NCBI GenBank assembly: GCA_028023455.1
Contig: JAQFVV010000008.1
Span: forward strand, 6,944,001 to 7,008,000
DNA: 64,000 nt
Source of the DNA: Epiperipatus broadwayi
Lineage: Eukaryota > Animalia > Onychophora
Direction: 5' to 3'
The position numbers and the translations under genes were made by a program. Shown in pieces: positions 1-11,771 of this stretch; positions within the stretch are counted from its first letter, which is position 1, and every line of letters begins with the position of its first letter. The notes beneath the pieces are model-generated. The model saw nothing but the letters and a program-made list of their open reading frames with translations, was not told the DNA's origin and did no database searches.

Positions 1-1
1 A

Positions 2-2878
2 CAGAAAGCTAACATTAACGTTAGAGATGTCAACGGGAACCCGATCAAGTTAATTGGGAAATCCGAAGTAATAGTTGGTTTTAAAAATAAAAACTACAAA
101 TTACCTATATATATAGTAGATAAAGATATTAGTCCGTTAATAGGAAGAAACTGGTTTAAAGACTTAGGCATTAAATTTAATATAGTTAAAAAGGTCTCGG
201 TGGAAAAAGAAATGATAGAGTTATATCCGAATTTATTTACGGAAGATTTAGGTTTGATAAAATCAAAGCCCATTGACTTGCACTTAAATGAAAATGCTAA
301 ACCGGTTATTTGTAAACCGAGAAAAATACCTTTTGCCCAAAGGCAGTTAGTAGAGGAAAAAATAGAAGCATTAGTTAAAAAAGATGTGTTATCCCCAGTC
401 GAGGAGGCGGATTGGGCCACGCCGATTGTTGTGTTAACAAAACCAGATGGAAAAATTAGGCTGTGTGGAGATTATAGAACAACAGTAAATAAGTATCTTA
501 ATAAAGGAGCTTACCCGGTGCCGAATGTACATGAGATTCTCAGTAATCTAGCTAAAGCAAAAATTTTTATGAAATTGGATTTAAATTCGGCATATCATCA
601 ACTAAAAGTTACAGATGATACAGCTCGGTTATTGACAATTATGACCCCTTTTGGATTATTCAAATGTAATCGTCTCCCTTTTGGAATTACATCAGCTCCA
701 AACATATTTCAAGCAAAAATAAATTCAATATTACAAGGCTTGGAAGGAGTGATGCCATATTATGATGATATTTTGATTGCTGCGACGTCACCGGAAAAAT
801 TAAGAAGTAAAATTCAGGAAGTATGCGAGAAACTAAATAATGCAGGGGTAAAATTAAATGTTAAAAAAAGCATTTGGGAAACTGAAGAATTAAAGTTTTT
901 AGGCCATCTTATTTCGGAAAAAGGGAAAAGTCCATTAACTGAAAAAATTAGGGCAGTCAAAGATGTTCCAAGCCCAATAAATGTCAAGCAACTTCAAGCT
1001 TTCCTAGGTTTGATTAATTTTTTTGAACCTTTTCTAAAGAACAAAGCGATGGTCGCAACTCCTCTATACGAACTGCTACGCAAAGATCAGAAATGGATTT
1101 GGAATACCAAACATGAAAAAGCGTTTAAAGCAGTTAAGGAATTGTTAACCTCTAGTAGCTTATTAGTGCATTTTGATAGCGACAAAGACATCACTATTAC
1201 TACGGATGCATCACAATATGGAATCGGAGCAGTTTTAGCGCATCAAATAGACGGGCATGAACGTCCTGTAGCTTATGCTTCTCGGACTTTGTCTAAAGCT
1301 GAAAAAAATTATAGTCAGCTGGACAAAGAAGCTTTGGCAGTCATGTTTGCTGTGAAAAAATTTCACCAGTTTATATATGGATGGAAATTTGAATTAGTAA
1401 CAGATCACAAACCTTTGTTAGGGATTATAGGAAAAGATCGTCCGATGCCAGAGCATTTAAGTCCATGCATGCTCAGATGGGCTAATACACTTACTGCTTA
1501 TGATTTCAATCTAAAATATCAAAAAGGAAAGATAATTTCTCATGCGGACGCTCTATCTAGAGTGCCCGGAAATAATGACAACTATGAAACTGATGTGGAA
1601 GTTAATCACATTGACAATATGAAATCACAAGTCATAAATAGTAAAGTAGTTCAGACATGGACAAATGAAAATGATGGGTATGTGTTACTTAGGAAATGGA
1701 TAAGCAAAGGTTGGCCTAATAAAAAACCTGAAAATTTAGCAATGGGGTTTTGGGTCAATAGAGACCAATTGTCGGTCTGTAAAGGGTGTATTAATATGGG
1801 AGACAGAGTAGTTATACCTCCTATAGGGAGAATGAAAGTTCTAGAACTTTTGCATCAGGGGCACCCAGGCATCATGCGAGCTAAAGCTCTAGCTCGGAGT
1901 TATGTTTGGTGGCCGCAGATAAGTAATGATATTGAAAAGTATATTAAGAAATGTGATAAATGTAAGTCTGAAATAGCTCTGCCGAATAAACAATATTCTT
2001 CTTGGCCTAAACCAATATATCCATGGCAAAGACTTCATATAGACCATGCGGGTCCAATAGAAGGAAGAAATTATTTAATTTTAATCGATGCTTTCTCTAA
2101 ATGGATAGAATGTCACGAGGTTAAAAATACTAGTGCAAACGAAACAATAAAATGTTTAACAGACATATTTTATATACATGGATTTCCACAAGTAATCGTC
2201 TCTGACAACGGAACTGGATTTGCGAGTGAAGAATTAAAAATACAATTTGGAAAATGGGACATCAAACATGTATTTACACCCCCTTATCACCCTGAATCAA
2301 ATGGTTTGGTGGAAAACGCGGTAGGGCAAGTGAAGAAATATTTAAGAAAAAACAAAAATACGGATATGAAAAACGTCTTACAGGAATTCATGATGTATCA
2401 ACATATAACTCCATCAACAACGACTGGAAAATCGCCAGCTGAAATGTTATTCGGTCGGAAAATACGAACTAATTTAGATTTTTTGCGACCTGATACACAT
2501 ATATATAAATATAACCAAGACCCAGTGAAAAACTTTAACATTGGAGACGTGGTAATATTCAGAGATATACTACGTAAACAATGGGTTAATGGAAAAATTG
2601 AACGGGCGCGATCAAAGCAAATTTATGATATTAAAGGCGAAAACGGAAACATATATAAGCGTCACAAAAATCATATTCGTAAAAGTGAAGATGACATACA
2701 ACTAGATATGTTCCAGCAGTTCCAACATGCAAATGAAAAGAATTCAGATAAACAGATGATACTGACCGACATCGAAGAAGATGCGGTAGAAGAGGATAAA
2801 ATACAGATTGAAAAGAGGAAATCACCTAGACCAATACGATGTAAAAGAAGACCTTTGTACCTAAAAGAATATGTATAA
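2..2878 (+). CDS. pol: Gypsy Pol polyprotein (protease C-terminus, reverse transcriptase, RNase H, integrase), 5'-truncated by the window edge
   Basis: Frame is open from base 2 (QKANINVRD...SPLIGRNW = end of the aspartic protease). RT motifs LPFGITSAP and YYDDILI; RNase H TTDASQYGIGAVL, EALA, TDHKPL; integrase HQGHPG...CDKC zinc motif, RLHIDHAGP, IVSDNGTGF, SNGLVE. No stops. Confidence 0.95.
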   Translation, partial: QKANINVRDVNGNPIKLIGKSEVIVGFKNKNYKLPIYIVDKDISPLIGRNWFKDLGIKFNIVKKVSVEKEMIELYPNLFTEDLGLIKSKPIDLHLNENAKPVICKPRKIPFAQRQLVEEKIEALVKKDVLSPVEEADWATPIVVLTKPDGKIRLCGDYRTTVNKYLNKGAYPVPNVHEILSNLAKAKIFMKLDLNSAYHQLKVTDDTARLLTIMTPFGLFKCNRLPFGITSAPNIFQAKINSILQGLEGVMPYYDDILIAATSPEKLRSKIQEVCEKLNNAGVKLNVKKSIWETEELKFLGHLISEKGKSPLTEKIRAVKDVPSPINVKQLQAFLGLINFFEPFLKNKAMVATPLYELLRKDQKWIWNTKHEKAFKAVKELLTSSSLLVHFDSDKDITITTDASQYGIGAVLAHQIDGHERPVAYASRTLSKAEKNYSQLDKEALAVMFAVKKFHQFIYGWKFELVTDHKPLLGIIGKDRPMPEHLSPCMLRWANTLTAYDFNLKYQKGKIISHADALSRVPGNNDNYETDVEVNHIDNMKSQVINSKVVQTWTNENDGYVLLRKWISKGWPNKKPENLAMGFWVNRDQLSVCKGCINMGDRVVIPPIGRMKVLELLHQGHPGIMRAKALARSYVWWPQISNDIEKYIKKCDKCKSEIALPNKQYSSWPKPIYPWQRLHIDHAGPIEGRNYLILIDAFSKWIECHEVKNTSANETIKCLTDIFYIHGFPQVIVSDNGTGFASEELKIQFGKWDIKHVFTPPYHPESNGLVENAVGQVKKYLRKNKNTDMKNVLQEFMMYQHITPSTTTGKSPAEMLFGRKIRTNLDFLRPDTHIYKYNQDPVKNFNIGDVVIFRDILRKQWVNGKIERARSKQIYDIKGENGNIYKRHKNHIRKSEDDIQLDMFQQFQHANEKNSDKQMILTDIEEDAVEEDKIQIEKRKSPRPIRCKRRPLYLKEYV

Positions 2879-2900
2879 GACGGATAAACCGTAACTTCTG

Positions 2901-2914
2901 GAGTGGGGGAGGAA
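2901..2914 (+). promoter_or_regulatory. Polypurine tract (plus-strand primer)
   Basis: GAGTGGGGGAGGAA, purine-rich (13 of 14), between the pol stop and the LTR start TGTTATG. Confidence 0.85.
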
Positions 2915-2915
2915 T

Positions 2916-3601
2916 TGTTATGTTGTAGTACGATTAATATTAAGAAAAAATACGTTTGAAACTGTGTGTACTCCAGAAGTTAAAAGTGTTAAATAATTAC
3001 ATGTGAAAGTAAACGAGTTGATTTAATAAAAATGAAAATTAGAAATTACAAATGGTTTTTCATATAGATATTTTATAAAAAGCAAGGTGTAAAACAAGAT
3101 GGAAGATCCGAATAAATAATTAATTAAACGAAGGATTAAAAATGTAAAGAACAATTTAATTAATTAGTTCAGAAATAAGCCCAGAATAATTTGGTGATTA
3201 AAATTGATAAGGAATAAACAATAGAACAAAAAGTAGATATAATCTAGCAGAGAAAGGACAGATTAGTGTCAGTCCTGATTTTCTGAGAGACTTAAGTGTA
3301 GCGTGAATTCAGAACAGGACCAACGATGGGAGGAGAACCAGATATTCGGGTCTGAAGGTACCAAAGACCGACCTAGGGTAATTATACAGACTATACCTGT
3401 CTTATTATTATTTTTGTAAGCCTTACAGGCGCTAGTAGAACTAATGATAATTCTGTTTATAAATGATTGTTATTTTTCATACTAATAAAATCTTGTATCT
3501 GTTACATGGAATATCTTAATTTTATGCAAGAAAGTAATAATTACTTGAATTAGGTGTCTTTGGTTATTTCTCGTAAATAACATTAAATCAGGTACATCAC
3601 A
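2916..3601 (+). repeat. 3' LTR (~686 bp) of the Gypsy element
   Basis: Starts TGTTATG right after the PPT and ends CATCACA (6/7 inverted match); AATAAA at ~3484. The right end is inferred without the partner LTR. Confidence 0.7.
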
Positions 3602-5004
3602 TAATCTCTCATTGTTCATTTAAATATTGATTTTTATTAACCTTTTTTTTTTATCAGAAATACTATAATTATTTAATTTTCATTGTGATTCACATTATCT
3701 TTCAACTTGAATTTTATTTCTTCGAAGTTTATATAATTTTTGTTAACATTTAATTTCTCCATGAAATTTATCTATGACATTTGATATTGATTATTTTAAT
3801 AATTAAATCATTATTACTATAAATACTTTTGTGACAAATTTATTTAAAAACTAATTTATTTTCTGACCATTTTTTTTTAATGGATATTATTTCCCTTTAT
3901 CATCAATTTGAAAATTGAATAATGGTACAATTTTTTCAGAAAAACCTTTATATTTTTAAACGCATAAAAAAAGTGAAATTGAAGTCAAATTAATAAATTA
4001 AAATGACTTTTTAGTCATATAAATCCTATATAACTGAACTAGCCAACAAGATAATCTTATTGATCACTATTTTGTCGCCATTCTACTTATTTCAGCATAT
4101 TAATTAAGAATATTCAGGTTTAGTAATTTTCTGGAGCAGTTTAGATCAGTTTTGAAATAATGGGTCCACCAACATAATCCTAAGATAAATTAGAGCTACC
4201 ACAACCAAATCAAAAGAAAAACAAGCACTTATAAATATTCCTTCCATTTTTATAATTTTTATTTTATAATAAAAATGTATACATTCTTACAAATACATAT
4301 TTTTCAAGTAATATTTTTGCTTTTATTTTTTATAATCTTTTATATAAACTTTCTTTTGAATAAATAAATATTCCAAGTAAAATATGGATATAAAAGAACA
4401 TTTTATATTGTGACTGTATAGAATAGAATCACAATGCCCAAATACAAAAAAAATAAATTTAAATCGCACAAATAGCTTAAGGTTAAGTAAATCATCAAGA
4501 CTTGTAAAATAAATAGTATTAAAAATATTAATGTTGTGATATTATGACCTTAAAGATGATTAAACTAAAAGAAAACAAAGAAATAAATGTACATTATGCT
4601 TAATAAGTAACTAATATATATATGTGGTAAGGTACTGTATACAGACATGAATTGTTTCAATAGCTTGTATATTAATTTACAGAATTTAAAATCTTAGCTA
4701 AAAACAAGGGAATGTTTGAATACTGTTAAAAACTCTTCATAATTGTATAAAAATCATTTTAAGGAAAAGAACAACAGATAAATGCAAATATTTATGTACT
4801 TGATTGTTTTAAATGTATGTTTACAGATAAAGCTGAACCAAAATATAGTACATTGAATATGGAATGATGTTTTGTTGCTTGTAACAAAAAAATTATTATG
4901 TAAAAAATAATTTGGTTTATAGAAGTAATCTTTTAAACATATACATCAAAGATAAATTTATAGTATTAGAAATCTAAAAGATGCTGTTAAGTAAATATAT
5001 ATAT

Positions 5005-7128
5005 TGTAACGATACATAAATATGTCGTTACATTAATTTAAAATAAAAACTTACAAGTTCGCAAATAAGAGTAAAAAACTAAACGCTAAAATTAAAAATG
5101 TTTGTTATACGTATATACATTCGCACAGATGCTAAACTTTAAAAATATTTTTTTCATAAACAAAAAAAAAAAAAAGTATCTGAACGTATTTTTTTTAATA
5201 AAAAAATACCAGATTGAAATATAAAAATATTTTAATAAAAAAATAACGTAAGTTAAAGTAAAAACAGGTATTAATTAATTCCTGTAATCTGTAAATGGAA
5301 ATGATTGTTTATTAATTATCTAAAAGCTGTGTAATTAAAAAGTCAGATGAAAAGTTAGATAAGAGAAGAAAGAAATTTTAGCTTGACCAATGGAAGCACT
5401 AAGCCTTGGCTCGGACCCTAACGAAAGTGATAGACTAGTGACGTTTTGTTCATTGAATCCTTGTGGATAATATAAAAAGGGAAATACAGTTTTTTTCTGA
5501 CAGTTCCAGCGTTGTGTGTTTGAGAGATGTGGTATGACGCACATACCACACTCTCTATAAAAAAAAAAAAAATGAAAAGACTGTGATACCTTGAACCAGC
5601 TATTGCCATCTCCAGAACATTACCTTCCAACGGAGGCGTCGCGGGAATTGAAAGCAGAGGCCTGGACTCTTCTACCATAAGCTATATGAAATGAACAATT
5701 GTTAAAATCAATTAAGAACTTTCGTCAAGTTTTACAAATTGATAAACAAGCCAACTGAAATGTTAAAACGGACTCTTATCTGACTTTTGTAAGTTTTTAA
5801 ATCAAATTAATAATGTTTAATTTTATATGTTTTCCGATTGATAAACATCATTTCCATTTTTTTTTCTTATTGTAAAGATTATTTAAATGTATGAAATTTA
5901 AGTTGTTTATAGACGCTTGCATGGATTCGTTTGCGGTTAATTATATTTTGGTTTTCATATTTGATCAAAATATATAGACATTCGATAAATAATGATACCT
6001 TACGGTGAGTATCTAAAATGTATTTATTCGGATGTCTTTTAAGTTATTGGTGACAACGCAAGTATCTTATGGTGAATACTATTGGGTTACTTATAAGTTT
6101 CCCTCTGCGATTGTCGGTATCAATAATTTTGTATTTTGATCATTTATGTTTATTTTGAAATGTTTTTGACCGTGGAATCTATGTAATCGATCTATACCCA
6201 ACATTTTTAAACAAATCTGTGCGAACGTATTTAAATGTTAAAATTAAGTCGGGCGTGAATGGCTATATAGTTTTGTAAAGTTGTATTAAGGGAGGGTAAT
6301 CTTAGGTTATTCATTTCGTAGTTGAATTGGTTCAATGGATTGGATATATTTGTGTAATTAGTAGATGTAGTATGAGGTCCGCTACGGGCAGGATTATAGA
6401 TATACGCCACACACCCTCTGTTTGCCTATGGATGGGTTTGTAAGTCGGCAGAAGACCGCAGTCCATTCCTATGGAGTTTTTTGTTTATTGTTCTACTTGC
6501 CAACAGATGTCACATTCCTGTTGGTGGAGAGTCAATGTCTTCTCTATTTCTACTTATTGTTCAGATGTACATTCCTGACAATATAGTATTTTGTGTTGTC
6601 GTATCATGCTACATTGAATACATGAATGTATCAGATGGATTGGCGCCAATTTGGTTGCGAAATTTGTTGCCTAAGGTTAAATCAGGGAAGAATATTTTCT
6701 TTTCAAATGCAGATCTATGTAGTCTATTCATACTTGACTATCTAAATAATAATTAAACTCATTGAAACTTAGTTAAATGTAAAATTAAAAGTTAATATAA
6801 AAATCTAAAATGTTAAACTTATTCCTCAAAATTTAAATATTATTTTATATGTGCGTAAATAAATATTTTTATATGTTAATTTCTGGCAGTGGCTTTTACT
6901 CTTTGATATTTAAGATATAAATTAAGATATAGATTTTTATCTCTGCGTCTCCACTGAGCTAGTGACTTGGGCTAACGATCGGAATATTTAAATAAAGTGG
7001 AATCTTAACAGCGCGTATCTGCCTACTTTATAAATTTTTCTAGGCTCAAATGCCTAGATGGCGCCCTTGTAGTGCAGATATTGTTTTTGCGGTTAGATTC
7101 GATCTTCACTTTCATTCCGATTGGTACA
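5005..7128 (+). repeat. 5' LTR (2124 bp)
   Basis: TG...CA termini. Differs from 7666-9791 by four substitutions and two 1-nt poly(A) length changes that I could see. Confidence 0.9.
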
Positions 7129-7131
7129 AAC

Positions 7132-7150
7132 TGGCTACCCAACTTGGGCC
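7132..7150 (+). promoter_or_regulatory. Primer-binding site, tRNA-Lys(CUU)-like
   Basis: TGGCTACCCAACTTGGGCC resembles TGGCGCCCAACGTGGGGC (complement of the tRNA-Lys CUU 3' end) and is correctly placed after the LTR CA. Confidence 0.6.
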
Positions 7151-7665
7151 GATCTTTAATAAACACGAGTGCCCTGAGAATTTTAAAAGTGAATCATGCC
7201 CGTAAATTTTTTTTCTGAAATAGTATAAATAGATTTGTTGTATTGACGTGGAGTTACACTTTGAAATTTTGTCTTAAAGGTACTGCCAGTCGAAAAATTG
7301 CGCATATGTAGAGATAAATTCGAGGAATAAAAAGTAATAAATAAAACGTAATTAATAAATATAAATCATAATTTTTTTTTTAAAAAGTCTTGTTTAAAAT
7401 CTAATCGTTTAACTTGCCTAAATAATACTTAAAGGTAGGAGAAATGAAACTTGGAAGGGAGGGGGCAGAAATTTAGCTGGTAGTAAGGAATCATCAGTCA
7501 ACTTTTTTTTTTATCATTATATTTGTAATTACTGTTTTGTCTTTTAAAAAAAAGTTTTGTCCTTTTGAAATTTCATATATAACAAATTTGTGTAACGTAA
7601 TTACTAACACTAAGTAAATTCTTTTTTTTTTTAATGTTTTTGTTTTTTGAGGAAGTTTACTGATA

Positions 7666-9791
7666 TGTAACGATACATAAATATGTCGTTACATTAATTT
7701 AAAATAAAAACTTACAAGTTCGCAAATAAGAGTAAAAAACTAAACGCTAAAATTAAAAATGTTTGTTATACGTATATACATTCGCACAGATGCTAAACTT
7801 TAAAAATATTTTTTTCATAAACAAAAAAAAAAAAAAAGTATCTGAACGTATTTTTTTTAATAAAAAAATACCAGATTGAAATATAAAAATATTTTAATAA
7901 AAAAATAACGTAAGTTAAAGTAAAAACAGGTATTAATTAATTCCTGTAATCTGTAAATGGAAATGATTGTTTATTAATTATCTAAAAGCTGTGTAATTAA
8001 AAAGTCAGATGAAAAGTTAGATAAGAGAAGAAAGAAATTTTAGCTTGACCAATGGAAGCACTAAGCCTTGGCTCGGACCCTAACGAAAGTGATAGACTAG
8101 TGACGTTTTGTTCATTGAATCCTTGTGGATAATATAAAAAGGGAAATACAGTTTTTTTCTGACAGTTCCAGCGTTGTGTGTTTGAGAGATGTGGTATGAC
8201 GCACATACCACACTCTCTATAAAAAAAAAAAAAAATGAAAAGACTGTGATACCTTGAACCAGCTATTGCCATCTCCAGAACATTACCTTCCAACGGAGGC
8301 ATCGCGGGAATTGAAAGCAGAGGCCTGGACTCTTCTACCATAAGCTATATGAAATGAACAATTGTTAAAATCAATTAAGAACTTTCGTCAAGTTTTACAA
8401 ATTGATAAACAAGCCAACTGAAATGTTAAAACGGACTCTTATCTGACTTTTGTAAGTTTTTAAATCAAATTAATAATGTTTAATTTTATATGTTTTCCGA
8501 TTGATAAACATCATTTCCATTTTTTTTTCTTATTGTAAAGATTATTTAAATGTATGAAATTTAAGTTGTTTATAGACGCTTGCATGGATTCGTTTGCGGT
8601 TAATTATATTTTGGTTTTCATATTTGATCAAAATATATAGACATTCGATAAATAATGATACCTTACGGTGAGTATCTAAAATGTATTTATTCGGATGTCT
8701 TTTAAGTTATTGGTGACAACGCAAGTATCTTATGGTGAATACTATTGGGTTACTTATAAGTTTCCCTCTGCGATTGTCGGTATCAATAATTTTGTATTTT
8801 GATCGTTTATGTTTATTTTGAAATGTTTTTGACCGTGGAATCTATGTAATCGATCTATACCCAACATTTTTAAACAAATCTGTGCGAACGTATTTAAATG
8901 TTAAAATTAAGTCGGGCGTGAATGGCTATATAGTTTTGTAAAGTTGTATTAAGGGAGGGTAATCTTAGGTTATTCATTTCGTAGTTGAATTGGTTCAATG
9001 GATTGGATATATTTGTGTAATTAGTAGATGTAGTATGAGGTCCGCTACGGGCAGGATTATAGATATACGCCACACACCCTCTGTTTGCCTATGGATGGGT
9101 TTGTAAGTCGGCAGAAGACCGCAGTCCATTCCTATGGAGTTTTTTGTTTATTGTTCTACTTGCCAACAGATGTCACATTCCTGTTGGTGGAGAGTCAATG
9201 TCTTCTCTATTTCTACTTATTGTTCAGATGTACATTCCTGACAATATAGTATTTTGTGTTGTCGTATCATGCTACATTGAATACATGAATGTATCAGATG
9301 GATTGGCGCCAATTTGGTTGCGAAATTTGTTGCCTAAGGTTAAATCAGGGAAGAATATTTTCTTTTCAAATGCAGATCTATGTAGTCTATTCATACTTGA
9401 CTATCTAAATAATAATTAAACTCATTGAAACTTAGTTAAATGTAAAATTAAAAGTTAATATAAAAATCTAAAATGTTAAACTTATTCCTCAAAATTTAAA
9501 TATTATTTTATATGTGCGTAAATAAATATTTTTATATGTTAATTTCTGGCAGTGGCTTTTACTCTTTGATATTTAAGATATAAATTAAGATATAGATTTT
9601 TATCTCTGCGTCTCCACTGAGCTAGTGACTTGGGCTAACGATCGGAATATTTAAATAAAGTGGAATCTTAACAGCGCGTATCTGCCTACTTTATAAATTT
9701 TTCTAGGCTCAAATGCCTAGATGGCGCCCTTGTAGTGCAGATATTGTTTTTGCAGTTAGATTCGATCTTCATTTTCATTCCGATTGGTACA
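7666..9791 (+). repeat. 3' LTR (2126 bp)
   Basis: Near-identical copy of 5005-7128, followed by ATATATAT. Confidence 0.9.
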
Positions 9792-10944
9792 ATATATATA
9801 TATTAAAAATATATCCATACTTAAAGTTATCCTTGTTTTTTTAGTATATTCCTTTAACTTAAACCATGGAATACCTCATTGAAACTGTTGTGGTATATAC
9901 ATTTTCTAGTTAGAGATCACTAGAAACATTCTAATCTTTGGCCTCATATTATTGTACTCCCTCAAGAATAAAGAAAGTCAATTTAAGATCTGAACTAATA
10001 GGTTACTGACTATCTGATTGCCTAGAATATTAATCTTAAACTCAACAAACTTACCATTTTATACTGCTTTCTGGAAGAAAATTAAACAAAGTTATGGATT
10101 TTCTTTAAGAAACATCAAACCTACGAATCATGAAAGAAGCTATCCCAGGATTATATTAAGCTTGCAGAAAATTAAAATAAGATTATATTTGCAGTACATT
10201 TTTATTCAAGAAGGAAACAGGTATTCAAATTTTTCTATAGATAACTTCAACATATAACTGTATCAAGTTTACAAAATTGTATGTGTATGCATTTCAGGTT
10301 GCTGATAAGAATTTACATTTATTAAATTTCAAAAAAAAAAAAAAAAAATGGGGGGGGGGGCTAAAATTCCAATTATTGTTGTTTGCAAAGTGGAAAATTG
10401 TATTTATTTATTGTCTTTCTCATTATAAATAATTTAATATAGTAGTTTAATGCTTATGTAAAAGGTGAAGAAAAGCTTGCACAGATAAACTTTCAGAATG
10501 GATTTAATGTTGTGAAATAAATATTCAAAGACATATTTAAACCCAGTTTTCACAAATGAAAATATTTAATGATGAAGCCATTCAAACCTTATGCTTATTA
10601 TTGCAATATGTATTTAAACCAATGACACAATATTAATATTTTATCATTAATAAATTGTTATTGTTAATAAGAATGTCTAATTCTTTCCTTCTATTTTTAT
10701 ATCAGTATGTGTTTTTTATCTTCATGGTTTTTATTTAATTAGTTAAGGATAGTTATATATGTGTGAGTGAGTCATGAATGATAGTGCTCTACATTAACCA
10801 GAAGCAATAGCAGAGACAAAGTATAATATTTTTTTTAGTGTTATTAGAAAATTTCATACATGAGTTTGAAAAGATGGCCTTCCTAAACAGAAAATGTTTC
10901 CAGTGTCAAATGAATATTGCTGTATTTATAATCACCTCTACCAG

Positions 10945-11025
10945 ATGATCCTTGGACCAAGCAAGAGAGTGTGAATTTATATGTAGATATTGAATCTGAA
11001 AATGTAACCATTAAAAGAATGAACT
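10945..11025 (+). other. Candidate 81-nt internal coding exon (xDPWTKQESVNLYVDIESENVTIKRMN), product unknown
   Basis: Acceptor cacctctaccAG and donor GTAAGT, length a multiple of 3, one open frame (phase 1-1). No recognised homology, and the opposite strand is also open. Confidence 0.25.
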
Positions 11026-11771
11026 GTAAGTCATTTCTGAATGAAACCGAATTCAGTTTGATCTTCATTATTAGTGCAGGTATATAATAGTAGAAAATAA
11101 TGAGAAACTAGTATTCTCTAATTTATCATTCTACTTTTTTTTTTTTTTGCATATGTATTTTCATGATAATTTGAATGCAATATATCACTATTTTCTCCTT
11201 TTGGAGACATTCTTTGCTTAAAAAATTGAAGCAGATATATTAGATAAAATATTATTTTGCTTTCTATATAAGTGATTAAACCCCAATAATTGTTTCAATA
11301 ATTTATCCTATTCCTAATGCTTATTTTCATTAACATGTTAACCAAATTCCTCTTTTCAATAAGTAAATATAAGCTGCCTTTCCTATTCTAAAAATACACA
11401 TTCCAGAATTGTATTTTTTATCATAATATAATTTATGTTTTTCATACACTAAATTATTCCAGTTACTTATTCTTTGTCTAGTTTTTAAGTATCTGCTTTC
11501 TTTAAGTAAGGTTTATAGATATTCTATATATAAATTTTAATGGAAAGAAAAGGATTAAAAAAATAGTAGGTTGTTTAATAATGATTTTTTTTCTATTTAT
11601 GTATATGTTTATAAAGTGGAGTAAAGAATAATGAAAAATAATATTATATTATTAAATTATTGAGAAGGATAAATAGCATGGCATTCAATAAAGAAAATAT
11701 TTGGAAGAAAGTTGTAAGAATTTACTGCGACTATCTGAAAGCAAAAAAATATTAAGATTAAAGATATATAT

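Larger units (their letters stand above)
1..3601 (+). mobile_element. Ty3/Gypsy LTR retrotransposon, 3' part (pol, PPT, 3' LTR); 5' part lies outside the window
   Basis: Open pol frame 2-2878 with domain order PR-RT-RH-IN, followed by a polypurine tract and a TG...CA LTR. Confidence 0.95.
5005..9791 (+). mobile_element. Non-autonomous LTR retroelement with ~2.1 kb LTRs and a 537-bp non-coding internal region
   Basis: Direct repeats 5005-7128 and 7666-9791 both run TGTAAC...GGTACA; ATAT on both flanks (5001-5004, 9792-9795); PBS-like TGGCTACCCAACTTGGG 3 nt after the first LTR; no ORF >=60 aa in the core. Confidence 0.85.

Noticed and set aside
94-420. 108-aa minus ORF (also 2631-2825)
   Set aside because: Antisense shadows of the Gypsy pol frame.
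6481-6756. 91-aa ORF repeated identically at 9144-9419
   Set aside because: Identity only reflects LTR duplication. TTG start, no recognisable domain.
7050-7075. TAGATGGCGC / GGATGGCGCC (also ~47766) as host YY1-type promoters in CpG islands
   Set aside because: Both lie inside young mobile elements (LTR and TIR), which explains the motif and the CpG content.
5005-9791. Simple segmental tandem duplication or assembly error
   Set aside because: TG...CA ends, PBS, TSD and real substitutions between the copies favour an LTR element.
10349-10361. G homopolymer runs (also ~20513-20527) as G-quadruplex elements
   Set aside because: Isolated homopolymers with no supporting context.
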